DNA of 64,000 bases, from assembly GCA_963822585.1 (NCBI GenBank), contig CAWGIE010000023.1, positions 64,001 through 128,000 on the forward strand, given 5' to 3'. How positions within the stretch are numbered: the stretch's first letter is position 1; every line of letters begins with the position of its first letter. Under the pieces are notes generated by a model. It did not search any database and was not told where the DNA came from. It saw nothing but the letters and a program-made list of their open reading frames with translations. The position numbers and the translations under genes are program-made. This stretch comes from an uncultured bacterium. GTDB lineage: Bacteria > Auribacterota > Erginobacteria > Erginobacterales > Erginobacteraceae. Positions 28,204-38,629 of the stretch are shown here, piece by piece.

Positions 28204-29775
28204 TTAATCGTGCTGGGAGAATATGGTATATTGACCGATCTGTTTTTTTTGCTGGAAAATCATACCCATTTTTCGCCCGGCGGCTTCTGTGATCGTGACC
28301 ACGAAGGCTGCTCTGCCGTTTCGCAGCACTTGTTCCAGCTCCGTTTCCGGTTTGTCGAAAAGCGAGTCGGTATCGCCTTCCCGCATTTTCTCCGGGAAAC
28401 CAAGATAGGTATCCCGGAAATTTCTGGTGAATAAAACTTGTTTCCAGCTTGGGCACCAGGCTCCTCCTTTATCGAATGTCAGCCGTTCGGGGACGTAATA
28501 GAAAAGGTAATATTCCGAAGGAATCGGCCACCGATCTCCCAATTCCACCAGGATATTTTCTCCCGGGGAGAGGGAAGAGCTCATTCTTCTCAGGTATGTA
28601 CCTAAAATATCAACGTCTCCTTCCCAGTGAGCGTAGCCCCGGACCGGCGGAATGGTTTTGGAAATATTGAATCCGATATTGATCATGATGACAACCAACA
28701 GAAGATATCCGAGTAGTTTCTGTTTGGTCCAGAGCCGATGCCAGCTCAATCCGGCGAGGGGGCAGAGAAGAAAAGCGATAATGAACATCGCCCGGGTCGG
28801 GGCAAGGTCGGCGCCGACGATCAAGTCGCTTAATTCATAACCCAAAAAAGCGAGTCCCAGGAAAAGGAGGTATCTAATCAAAAGCTTTTTTTTAACTTTA
28901 AAAATACATAAAATTCCCAGGATTCCCAGCAACACAAGCAACGGCTCCATACGGAAGAGGTGTACCGGATAAACCAGAAGACGGGGAGCCACCTCGCCCT
29001 GCCGAGCGAAGTCGGAAAGATAATGATCGACGAAGCGCAACGCCTGACCTGTTCTCTGGTAGGCGTAAATCATGTAAAAGGGAATGAAAATGACGGATAT
29101 GACCCCGCAGATGAAAAAGGGGAAGATACGATGGCCCCGCGGAATCCCGGTCTGTTTCCTTATTTCCCGGTAAAGAATGCCCAGCAGCGCCAGATAGCAG
29201 ATGACAAATCCCCACCCTTCCGCGCGCTGGGCGGAGGCGAGGAGAAAAAAGACAGAGGCGGCGTACAATCTTCCCCAGGACGGTTTCGACTCCGGAGAGA
29301 AGAGAGAGCTTTCGAAGCGCAGGTAGAAATAGATCCCCCCCAGAATCCAGAAGCACATGATTATTTCCGACATGCATCCGATACTGCCCAAGAGGGCCGA
29401 GGGGATGAAAGCAGCGAATAATGACGCCACGATTGCTCCCCGATCATCCTTGAATAAAACGCGGGAGAGTAAAAAAACAAAAAAAACGATACCGGCTGAA
29501 AAGAAGATCGTCACCGTGGCCAGGGCGAGAGGAATGTCATGCCAGAACGTGAGTACGGTGCCGTAGAGAGCGAATTCCAGAGGGAAGCGGACCGGGTTAT
29601 AGGTAATGAAAGGGGATTTAGACCATTTATATGCCGACAGTGCACGCCAGGCGTTATCTACATGGTAGGAATATCGGCCGTTGGCTATATCCAGGAGCAG
29701 GTAATATTGAAAACACACGTGGACAAAAAGGATGATCAGCAAGATGATCCCAGCGATTTTAAAAGAGGACTTCAT
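28204..29775 (-). CDS. GT-C fold membrane glycosyltransferase, related to 17569..19236
   Basis: YSYHVDNAWRAL vs YSYHGDDEVRSL; FFLLASAQRAEGW vs FFLAASMVRYEGW. Confidence 0.75.
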   Translation of the reverse strand: MKSSFKIAGIILLIILFVHVCFQYYLLLDIANGRYSYHVDNAWRALSAYKWSKSPFITYNPVRFPLEFALYGTVLTFWHDIPLALATVTIFFSAGIVFFVFLLSRVLFKDDRGAIVASLFAAFIPSALLGSIGCMSEIIMCFWILGGIYFYLRFESSLFSPESKPSWGRLYAASVFFLLASAQRAEGWGFVICYLALLGILYREIRKQTGIPRGHRIFPFFICGVISVIFIPFYMIYAYQRTGQALRFVDHYLSDFARQGEVAPRLLVYPVHLFRMEPLLVLLGILGILCIFKVKKKLLIRYLLFLGLAFLGYELSDLIVGADLAPTRAMFIIAFLLCPLAGLSWHRLWTKQKLLGYLLLVVIMINIGFNISKTIPPVRGYAHWEGDVDILGTYLRRMSSSLSPGENILVELGDRWPIPSEYYLFYYVPERLTFDKGGAWCPSWKQVLFTRNFRDTYLGFPEKMREGDTDSLFDKPETELEQVLRNGRAAFVVTITEAAGRKMGMIFQQKKQIGQYTIFSQHD

Positions 29776-29887
29776 ACGAATGAATGCATGACGCTCGACC
29801 GGTCAGGTTACGGTTCAAGATAAGATCGGATGAGAATGACGGAAGCCCGTTCCTAACCTGACTTCCGCAACTGGGAACCCGTCTGCA

Positions 29888-30952
29888 TCATAATCCAATA
29901 TACTCCTTCAACTTGTTTTCCAGGGAGATGGAGCGGAATTCCTCCACCCGCCGGCGCTGTCCCTGGACGATCTTGTCCCGGAAACCGGCGGCCTCGCAGA
30001 GGAGCGCCGCCATCTCGGCGATCTCGGGATAGTTCTTCTCTTTGATCAGGACCCCGGCGCCGGCCAGGGTGTCGGGGACCGCTCCCGCCGCGTAGGCTAA
30101 AACCGGGATCCCGAAGTGCATCGCCTCCATCAGGGGCATGCAGAACCCCTCGTGCTCGCTGAGACAGAGATATACCGACGCCAATCGGTAGTAGGCGAGG
30201 AGTTCGGCGTTGGTGACGTGCCCGGTGAAGACGACGTCCCTGAGTTCCAGTTCTTGGATGATCGCCCGCAGGTATTGGAGATAGGTTTCGCTCCCCCTGG
30301 TGAACCCGACCAGGAAGAGCTTCGATTCCGGTTTGAGCAGGTTCTTGTAATAATAAAAAACCCTCAACAGGTCCTCGAACCTCTTGTTGGGAACGATCCG
30401 TCCCACGAAGAGGAGGTTGTCCCGGGCGCCCCGGTGGGCGAGGAGGACTTTCCGGGAAGGGGACCCGTCAAGCGTCGACCAGTCGTTGGTAAGCGGGACC
30501 ACGCCGGTCCGGGAGAAACCGGCTTCCTCCAGCTCCCGCCGGTTGTATTCGGAAACGCCCAGGGCCAGTTCGGTGACCCCCGCCAGTTCCTTGAGCTGGC
30601 GGCGACCCTCCCGGAGAAAGGCGGCGGTCTCAGGGAGGAGGACGGCAAAATAGCGGGCCGGGGTAATGTTGTGGTAGATGATCACCTTCCGGTCCGGAGC
30701 GGAGCGGAAATAGCGGGTAGCGTCGGATCCGATCGAGAAGTGATAGATCAGGATGTTGTCGGGGGAGCTGTATAGCCTATGCTCGTCGAGGGGCCGGCAG
30801 ACGGTGCGTGACCGGTCATCGGTGTTTTCCGGGCGGACGAAGATATCGGATTGGCATCCCCAGCTCCGGAACAATTTCCGGAGTTCCAGGGCATAGTTGC
30901 TGATCGCGTCCCCGGGCATGAACCCGGCCAGAATTTGATCAATTCTCATCAC
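29888..30952 (-). CDS. GT4 glycosyltransferase
   Basis: GDAISN, YHNITP, FVGRIVPNK, SEHEGFCMPLMEAM. Confidence 0.93.
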   Translation of the reverse strand: MMRIDQILAGFMPGDAISNYALELRKLFRSWGCQSDIFVRPENTDDRSRTVCRPLDEHRLYSSPDNILIYHFSIGSDATRYFRSAPDRKVIIYHNITPARYFAVLLPETAAFLREGRRQLKELAGVTELALGVSEYNRRELEEAGFSRTGVVPLTNDWSTLDGSPSRKVLLAHRGARDNLLFVGRIVPNKRFEDLLRVFYYYKNLLKPESKLFLVGFTRGSETYLQYLRAIIQELELRDVVFTGHVTNAELLAYYRLASVYLCLSEHEGFCMPLMEAMHFGIPVLAYAAGAVPDTLAGAGVLIKEKNYPEIAEMAALLCEAAGFRDKIVQGQRRRVEEFRSISLENKLKEYIGL

Positions 30953-31110
30953 TTTCCTCTCTCCCCTACCGCACCCCCTTTTTGAGCCGCAAAAAAGCGC
31001 AAAATGCGCAAAATCCCCCCTACCTCACCCCCATTTTTAACAAACGATTTAATGTGATTGAATATGAATGTTCGTTCGACGTTCGAAGTTGAATGTTCGA
31101 CGTTCGATGT

Positions 31111-32812
31111 TCATTTTTTAATACACGCTTCCAGCCCATCTTCCAACCGATCCAACACCTTTGACCACGCGTAGTTCTCCTCCACGTACCGCTTTCCGTT
31201 CTCTCCCATCCGCGCGGCCTCTTCGGGATGATCGAGAAAATACAGCAGGCACTCCTCGAACTCGAAGTAGTCCCGGAAATAGAGTCCTCCCCCCGACCGG
31301 AGACAATGATCCCGCGTGACCGGACTTTGATTTTGTTGTGTTATATGTTGGTTAAAAAGGTTGTGGATATTTTTGGTGAGTAAGATATTAGGATGTGTTT
31401 TTTTGTGAGTGTTTATGTGTAAGAGGTGTATAAGAGAGTGTATATGTTGGTTGTTTTTTTTGTTGGTTTTGATGAATATATATAGTGAAGGGATATTGTT
31501 ATTTGATGGTGTTTGTTGATTTGTTGTTTAAGTGATTGTTTTTTGTAATTTTAGGTAAAGATGGTGAGATGTGGGTGTATTTTATTAATGTGTTGGAGGA
31601 TTATGAGGGGAAAGTGGAATTGTTTATGAGTGTATAGATGGATATGAGTAAGGTTTATGTGAAAGAATGAAGAAATGTAGTAATGTTTGGGTAGTTTATG
31701 ATAAGTTTAAAGTGATTGTTTATGTTAATAAAGAGGTGGATATTGTATGATAGAGAGAATATAAGAGTGGGTGATAGATAGTAAGAGACAAAAAGGAAAA
31801 GACTAGTTGGATTGGTGAAGAAAGCGCTGACCAGGGCCGGTTTCCCCGCCAGCCAGGATTCCAACAGTACGATCGAGAAGCTTTCGTTGGTGGACGGCTG
31901 GCAGAACGCGGACGAAGCGGCATAGGCGTCCCGTTTGTCCTCCTCGGAGACATATCCCGCGTCGAGAATCCACCGGCGGTCTTCTCCTTTCAGGAGCACC
32001 TCACCGGTCCCCAGGAGACAGAGCCGGAGGTCGGTCCCCCGGTGGCGTTTGAAGAGACGAAAATACTCGATCAGAAGAGGCGTGTTCTTCCCGCCCTCCC
32101 GGCGACCGGCATAGAGGAGAAAAGGGAAGTCGATCCCGAATTTTTCCCGGAACCTGTCCGGTTGGGGCGGAACGGCAGGTTTCTCGATCCCCATCCCGAC
32201 CACCCGGCAGCGGCCCCGGGGGAGGGAGAAGATTCGGTCGGCCAGGGCTCGTTCCGGTTCGCTGTTGAAGAATATCCCCGCCGCCGAACCAAACAAATCG
32301 CGGAAGATTTTCAGATAAGCGTACGGCTCATCGTGCAGGCAGGGGACCAGGATCGATTTCCCGGCGGCGGCCTGCATGCCCCGATAGGTGACCCCGAAGA
32401 GATAGGGGGCGAAAACGAAACAGTCAAAAGTGTCGCGGTTCTCTTCGATGAAATGACAGAGGGGCTCGCTCCGGGCGACCGCATCGATCCACTCCTCTTC
32501 CTGATCCCGAGTCAGCGGTTCGCCGTGGATGATCTTTCCGCCGTAAAAGTCCTGCTTTTCCCGGTCGCGGGAAGTGATTGGGAAACGGCGGACCGGTACT
32601 CCGTTGATCGTCTCCTCCCCGGTAGGGAGTTCGTTTTCCCAGGTCGAGTGATCGCGGGCGCAGGTGGTCAGGACTTCGCAGCGGTGCCCGCGACCCCGCA
32701 TCCGCTCCGCCCAGCTCTGGATCAGAGCCTCGGCCCCTCCTGCCGCCGCCGCCGCGTAGCGCGGGCAGACAAAGGCGATGCGGAGAGAGCGGTTTGTATC
32801 GGCACTATTCAT
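31111..32812 (-). pseudogene. GT4 glycosyltransferase interrupted by a 493-bp C-free insert
   Basis: Removing 31326-31818 gives a 1209-bp frame: ..ESFSIVLLESWLAGKPALVSAF-C-PVTRDHCLRSGGGLYF..MGENGKRYVEENYAW..IKK*. Confidence 0.88.
31326..31818. other. Cytosine-depleted foreign block
   Basis: Only two C on the + strand (31789 and 31803) in 493 bp, within GC-rich flanks. Confidence 0.95.
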
Positions 32813-32908
32813 CAGCAGCGGTTATCAAGTGCGAAAATTGTCGTGAGACATACTGGAGTGATGGAGTAGTGGAGTGGTGGAGTGATGGGAGGCCGGCCCA
32901 TTACTCCG

Positions 32909-33373
32909 TTACTCCACCACTCCATCACTCCGGTCACTGTTTTTTACCTTTGCTTCCAGGGCGGCCAGTCTTCTCTCGTACTTGGCATCCATCCCCTGGA
33001 CGATACTGGCCATGCGGGCGTTGAAGTCTTTCTGCTGGGAGAAGAGGCGGAAGGTGTAGAACTTGAGCAGCTTCCAGATCATCTTCTTCAGCCAGACCAC
33101 CGGGCGACCGGCCAGAAAGGTCTTGCTCGGGATCTCGAAGTCGCCGAGATCGACGTCAGCCGCCCGCCGGATGGTCTTCAGGTAATAATCGAGATAGGCG
33201 TCGTCGCTTCTCAGGTTGTCCATCTCCAGGGCGGTCGCCGCGGAGAGGTTATACCGGCTGTATTCTCCGCTCCGCCGTTTCTCCTCCACCCGCTCCCGGA
33301 TCTCTCCCATGACATCTTCCACATCAACCCCGGGAGTTTTGATCTCAAAGGTCTTCTGCGCTGTCTTGTTCAT
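32909..33373 (-). CDS. Hypothetical protein of glycan ABC-export loci
   Basis: 154 aa, in operon order; resembles 38240..38605 (short N-terminal helix, then ..QxxFN.. and a coiled tail). Confidence 0.75.
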   Translation of the reverse strand: MNKTAQKTFEIKTPGVDVEDVMGEIRERVEEKRRSGEYSRYNLSAATALEMDNLRSDDAYLDYYLKTIRRAADVDLGDFEIPSKTFLAGRPVVWLKKMIWKLLKFYTFRLFSQQKDFNARMASIVQGMDAKYERRLAALEAKVKNSDRSDGVVE

Positions 33374-33504
33374 TCATTCCCCCTGGATGCGCCTCATTCG
33401 GAGGCCCGGATCGGACGAGTCGGACAAGTCGGACGGATCTGACTGATCTTCGATGCCCGGGCGAATCGTTCGACGTTGGACGTTGGATGTTGGAAGTTGG
33501 ACGT

Positions 33505-34722
33505 TCATTCTTTCCCCCCTGCAATCTCCCACTCCACCGGTATACTGAACACCCCCTCTCCCCGGAAAGTGGAGAGAACGGTGAACGGGTAGAAATACTC
33601 CTGGCGATGATAGTTGGTGAGGTGATCCGGGGAATGGATGGAGAGGGAGAGGTAGTAATCCCCGGTCAGCAGCGGGAGCGCGGCCAGACGGAAACTCATT
33701 TTCCCGGCGCCTTCCACGGCCGGAACCCGGCAGCCGCTCATCTGGGTATTGCTCCCGAAGCAGAGAACCCGGTTCGCGTCATGGATGGCGAACCCGAAGA
33801 CGGGATCCGCGATTTTCTCCCGGGCGAAATAATCGACCCCGACGACCAGGTCGTCCCCGGCCTTGAGGTGAAACGTCTGATTGCCCCGGCCGTCGGCGAG
33901 TGTAACCTGGCGTATCTCCACCTCCCGGCTTCCCCATTCATGGGTGACCCCCAGGTTGGCCCCTCCCTTGATGAGCTGAGCCTGGACATCCTCGATATAC
34001 CGGTTGATGACCCGGCCGGTCGATCCCTGCTCGATGATCTTCCCCTCCCGAAGGTAAACGACCCGGTCGCAGAAGTTCCTGATCACGTTCATGTCGTGAG
34101 AAACGACGACGATCGTCTTCCCCCGCTCTTTGAACTCCCGCATCCTCTCCCCGCTCTTCTTCTGAAAAGCTTCGTCACCGACCGCCAGTACCTCGTCGAC
34201 CAGGAGAACATCGGGATCGGCGGCCACCGCGACCGAAAAGCCGAGGCGCACCGCCATCCCCGAAGAGTAAAAACGCAGGGGGGTCTCGATGAAGTGTCCG
34301 AGGCCGGAAAATTCAACGATCCGGTCGAACTTCTCCGCTATCACCGGCCGCGGGATCCCCATGATGGCGGCGTTGAGATAGATGTTTTCCCGCCCGGTCA
34401 GATCGGGATGGAAACCGGCCCCCAGCTCCAGCAGGCAGCCCACCCTTCCCCGGACTTCCAGGGATCCGGTGGTGGGGACCATGGTCCGGGCCAGGATGGA
34501 AAGGAGGGTCGTTTTGCCGGAACCATTGGGACCGATCACCCCCACCGCCGAGCCCTCGTCGATCGAGAAAGTTACCCCCTGGAGCGCCCAGAAATCGTCC
34601 CGGACCTCCCGGTGCAGCACCCGGTCGATGACGCTCGTTTTCAGAGACTGTCCCTTGGCGTGCCGAAGCCGGAACTTTTTACCCAGTCCCTGTACTTCAA
34701 TCGCGTTCATTGCAGTTATCAA
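33505..34722 (-). CDS. wzt: Second polysaccharide ABC ATPase with Wzt-C domain
   Basis: GPNGSGKT, LELGAGFHPDLTGREN, YSSGMAVRLGF, DEVLAVGD. Confidence 0.93.
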   Translation of the reverse strand: MITAMNAIEVQGLGKKFRLRHAKGQSLKTSVIDRVLHREVRDDFWALQGVTFSIDEGSAVGVIGPNGSGKTTLLSILARTMVPTTGSLEVRGRVGCLLELGAGFHPDLTGRENIYLNAAIMGIPRPVIAEKFDRIVEFSGLGHFIETPLRFYSSGMAVRLGFSVAVAADPDVLLVDEVLAVGDEAFQKKSGERMREFKERGKTIVVVSHDMNVIRNFCDRVVYLREGKIIEQGSTGRVINRYIEDVQAQLIKGGANLGVTHEWGSREVEIRQVTLADGRGNQTFHLKAGDDLVVGVDYFAREKIADPVFGFAIHDANRVLCFGSNTQMSGCRVPAVEGAGKMSFRLAALPLLTGDYYLSLSIHSPDHLTNYHRQEYFYPFTVLSTFRGEGVFSIPVEWEIAGGKE

Positions 34723-34858
34723 TGTCGATACAATCAGGCGTAGCCCGAAGGAGTGTTGGAATGTTGGAGTAATGGAGTACCGGGTGGCCGCCTCACCACT
34801 CCATTATTCCATTACTCCATCACTCCATTTTTCTAACTTCGTTTCTTTTTAGTGAATT

Positions 34859-35665
34859 TCACAATTCATCAGCAAAGAACCGTTCTTTCTTAATAAAAAA
34901 GGCCGTCCCGGCGATCATGATCAGCGGCGAGAGGAGCAGGGATAGGTAAAGACCGGGCGCCGCCGGCAAGGGGCTGCCGAGAAAAGCGTACCGGTAGAAG
35001 GTGATGATAGAGGCCATCGGATTCAGGAGATACAGATTCAGGACCCAGGATCCGTAGGGCCCCGTGGCCTTGAGGACCTCGGCGAGTGTGTACATGACCG
35101 GGCTGAGGAAGAACCAGGCCAGGAGGATGATCGACATGATGTGCTCGATGTCCTTGAAATACACGTTAAGACAGGAAAAGAAGTTGGCGAGCCCCAGGAT
35201 CAGCATGACCTGGAAGAGCACAACCAGCGGCAGGAGGAGAAGTCCGAAGCCGGTGTGAAGGGTCCCGCCGAAGAAGATGATATAGGCGGCCAGAAAAACC
35301 ACCAGCACGATCAGGGAAAGGAGAAAATTGACCAGGTTGGCCAGGACCATCGAGAGAGGGAAGACGTATTTCGGGGAATAGGTCCGTTTGATCAGGGAGG
35401 GATATCCGGTAATGGCGTTGACCGAGTCGGAGAGGCACATGGTGAAAAATTGCCAGGCCAGGATCCCGACCAGGAGCTGGGGCAGGTCGATGGCGATCTT
35501 GAGGAGCTTGATGAAGAGAAAATAGATCCCCATCATGAAGAGGGGGTTGATCATCGTCCAGAGAAACCCCAGCGTGGATCCCTTATAACGGATCCGCAGA
35601 TTCCGGAGAACCAGGTTCCGGATCAGGTCCTTCCAGGTCCAGATGCTGTTCGATTGATCAAACAT
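34859..35665 (-). CDS. wzm: Second polysaccharide ABC permease
   Basis: RYKGSTLGFLWTMINP, FFLSPVMY, LNPM. Confidence 0.93.
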   Translation of the reverse strand: MFDQSNSIWTWKDLIRNLVLRNLRIRYKGSTLGFLWTMINPLFMMGIYFLFIKLLKIAIDLPQLLVGILAWQFFTMCLSDSVNAITGYPSLIKRTYSPKYVFPLSMVLANLVNFLLSLIVLVVFLAAYIIFFGGTLHTGFGLLLLPLVVLFQVMLILGLANFFSCLNVYFKDIEHIMSIILLAWFFLSPVMYTLAEVLKATGPYGSWVLNLYLLNPMASIITFYRYAFLGSPLPAAPGLYLSLLLSPLIMIAGTAFFIKKERFFADEL

Positions 35666-35795
35666 AACGAGTGCGGGGCTCCCGGTTTCTCTTCTTTCAC
35701 CTTTATTTAACCACAGAGAACACGGAAAACACGGAAAATTCTAACAAATAATCATGAAATTCGTGTACTGCTATATACTTTAATCCGGTTCCACG

Positions 35796-36865
35796 CTACC
35801 CCATGAGCCGCTTGAGCGCTTTCTCCCAGCGCTCGTGATAGGGGAACTGTTGGAAATAGTTCAAGCGGCGGTCCTGGGCGGCGACGATCCGGTCCCGGAG
35901 GGCCTGATCGGTTACGATCCGGTGGATAAGAGCGGCAATCTCCCGCGGCCGCTTCTCAGTGATCAGAACGCCCGCTCCTCCCAGGGTGGAGGGGACCGCC
36001 GCCGCCGCGAAGGCCACGATCGGGATCCGGTAAAAGAGCGATTCCACCAGGGGGACGCCGAATCCCTCGTGTTCGCTCATGCAGGCAAAGATCGACGCCG
36101 AGCGGTAGTAAGCCCGCAACTCCCTCCGGGACTCACTTTCCCCGTGAAGACCACCTCCCCCGGGCTGAGATCCCCGGCCAGCTTGCGGAGGGCCCGGGCA
36201 TAGGCGGGGAACTGCCGGTCTTCCCCGACCAGGATGAGGCGGGATTCGGGATTAAAATAATCCCGGTAGGAACGAAACATCCGGAGCAGGTCTTCCTGTT
36301 TCTTGTTGGGGGCGATCCTGCCCACGAAGAGCAGGTTGGTCTTGCCGTCCCGGTAACGGCTGACAATCGCTTCATCGGCCGGCCCGGCCAGACGGTCCCA
36401 GTCGAAAATCAGGGGAACGACATCCGGTTCCGGATATCCCAGTTCACGCAGTTCCGCCGCGTTGAAAGAGGAATCGGCCATCGCCGCTCCCACCACAGTG
36501 GCCGTCTTCTTCAGTTGCCGGCGCGCCTGATGGGCCAGGTAAGCGATCTCCCGGTTCCAGGGGGCGAAGAACCGGGCCGGGGTGATGTTATGATGAATCA
36601 GGATCTTTTTGTCCAGGCAGGATGAGAAATACCGGGTCAGAGGAGAACCGATCGCGGTATGGAAGATCAGGACATTGTCCGGACTACTGAACCGCCGATG
36701 CTCCCGGTAGGGGAGAATGTCTCCAGACCGGCCGGGCTGATCCCGGTAAACGAAAATACGGGAATCGAACCCCTGCTCCTGCAGAAAACCGCGCAGGCTG
36801 AGAGCGTAGTTCCCGATCGCGTCCTCCTTCTCGACCACCGGCAGCAATTGATGGACCCCTATCAT
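35796..36865 (-). CDS. GT4 glycosyltransferase split by a frameshift near 36125
   Basis: ORFs 36077..36865 and 35796..36119 are consecutive halves; the junction looks like two homopolymer extensions. Confidence 0.85.
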
Positions 36866-37047
36866 GTTTTGCCTCTAATAGTTACCGCCCCCGGGACGTT
36901 TTTAAACCACGAAGGACACGAAGGTCACGAAGATATTTCAGAAAAAGAAAAATAGTTAATACATTTCCTCTCTACTTCCTTCGTGTACTTCGTGCCCTTT
37001 GTGGCAATTATCTGTTTTCTTCATTTGTAGAATTCCGGAGCACTATA

Positions 37048-38112
37048 TTATAGAAGGTCGTAAAGGCACTTCCTCAAATGCCCCTCGTAGTCGTACCGCT
37101 CGACTTCCGCCAGCCTTCTGTCTTGCCCCGCCAGGAGTTTTTCCTTCAGCTCCTTATCGCTCAGGATCCGGTTCATCAGAGCGGCGATTTCGAGCGGCCG
37201 TTTCTCGGTCAGGAGGATACCCGTCCCGCCAAGCGTTTCCGCAACGGCGCCGGCATTATAGGCGATCACCGGGATCCGGTAATAAAGGCTTTCCAGCAGG
37301 GGAACGCAAAATCCTTCGTGCTCGCTCAGGCAGAGAAAGAGATCGGCGGCTCGGTAATAGGCGCGCAGTTTCTCCGGGGAGACCTTGCCGGTGATCTCGA
37401 CATTGGTCAGACCCAGATCGCGGACCCGGCTCTCCAGGAAACTCCGGTAGTCCGGCAGATTATCCGGCCCGACCAGGACCAGCCGGGCGACCGGGTGGAA
37501 AAACTTCCGGAAAAGAGAAAAGACCGAAAGAATGTCCTCCTGCCGCTTGTTGGGGGCCAGGCGTCCCACGAAAAGAATAGTGGGGATCCCGTCTTCGTAC
37601 CGGCGAAGCACGGTCGGATCGGCGGGGCCGTCCAGGCGGCTCCGGTCGAGGGGGAAGGGCAGCAGTTCAACCCGGGGGAAGCCAAGGGTATGAAGTTCAC
37701 CGGCATTGAAGGACGAATCGGCCAGGGCGAGATTGCAGGTGGGGATAAAGCGGGGCAACTCTCTTCTTCCTTTCAAACATTCCAGGTAGGTAAAGAGGTC
37801 GTAATCGAGGAAAAAGCGGGCGGGGGTGATATTGTGGTAAATCAGCACCTGCTTCCGGGACGAACGGAGGAATATCTCCCCCACCGACGAGCTGATCGAA
37901 GCGTGGTAAAGAAGGAGATCGGAGGGCGAACCCTCTTTCGTGAGAGAGCGGGCGGGGAGGATGCCGTTGAAGCGACCCGGGACGGCGAGACCGGCGTAAA
38001 TCTCGGAATGGTATCCCCAGCGCCGGAAGATCTCCCGGAGGAGAAGGGCCATATGCCCCTGGGCATCGGTCTCGTCAAAGACGCTGAGCAGCTGATGGAT
38101 AGCCCCGGTCAT
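37048..38112 (-). CDS. GT4 glycosyltransferase
   Basis: YHNITP, FVGRLAPNK, SEHEGFCVPLLES. Confidence 0.93.
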   Translation of the reverse strand: MTGAIHQLLSVFDETDAQGHMALLLREIFRRWGYHSEIYAGLAVPGRFNGILPARSLTKEGSPSDLLLYHASISSSVGEIFLRSSRKQVLIYHNITPARFFLDYDLFTYLECLKGRRELPRFIPTCNLALADSSFNAGELHTLGFPRVELLPFPLDRSRLDGPADPTVLRRYEDGIPTILFVGRLAPNKRQEDILSVFSLFRKFFHPVARLVLVGPDNLPDYRSFLESRVRDLGLTNVEITGKVSPEKLRAYYRAADLFLCLSEHEGFCVPLLESLYYRIPVIAYNAGAVAETLGGTGILLTEKRPLEIAALMNRILSDKELKEKLLAGQDRRLAEVERYDYEGHLRKCLYDLL

Positions 38113-38239
38113 GGTTCAGACCACGGAGTGATCAGGCTGTCCCGCACATGGAATGAATTTCCAATAGCCAATTTCCAACTTCCAATTTCCACTGTTCAAA
38201 TTCCTCATTCTACATTTGTCATTTGTTGCCGGATGTTGG

Positions 38240-38605
38240 TTATTGGTCATTGGATATTGGACATTCTCCCCCCTTCTCCAGGGCCCGGATCCGCTCTTCC
38301 TGCTTTTTCAGGATCTCCAGGACCAGCGAGTTGAAAATGTATTGGGGCTTGAATAAACCCCGGACCAGTTTCCCGATCAGGGGAAGAAACGGCTTCAAAA
38401 CCGGCCGTCGCCGCGCCAGGGTTTCGGTGTCCCAGCCGGCGGCGTACTGCTCCGCGATCTCGAGCAGGGCCGTCGCGTCATCGGGTGTCCGCGGGACGGC
38501 ATCGATCGCCGGCGGAGGAACGGGGAGGTGCTTCACCTCGCTCTCGATCTCCCCTTCCAGCGCGGCCGCGTCGATATCGTTCTGCTCTATCTTCAGCCAG
38601 CTCAT
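38240..38605 (-). CDS. Hypothetical protein
   Basis: 121 aa, in operon order; similar pattern to 32909..33373. Confidence 0.7.
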   Translation of the reverse strand: MSWLKIEQNDIDAAALEGEIESEVKHLPVPPPAIDAVPRTPDDATALLEIAEQYAAGWDTETLARRRPVLKPFLPLIGKLVRGLFKPQYIFNSLVLEILKKQEERIRALEKGGECPISNDQ

Positions 38606-38629
38606 TTAAAATTTTTCCTCCGGAAAATT

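Noticed and set aside
31655..31818. Hydrophobic C terminus of the 385-aa ORF as a real membrane anchor
   Set aside because: It is read-through into the C-free insert; the true GT4 end lies at 31111-31325.
31326..31818. IS element or MITE
   Set aside because: No terminal inverted repeats, target duplication or transposase frame.
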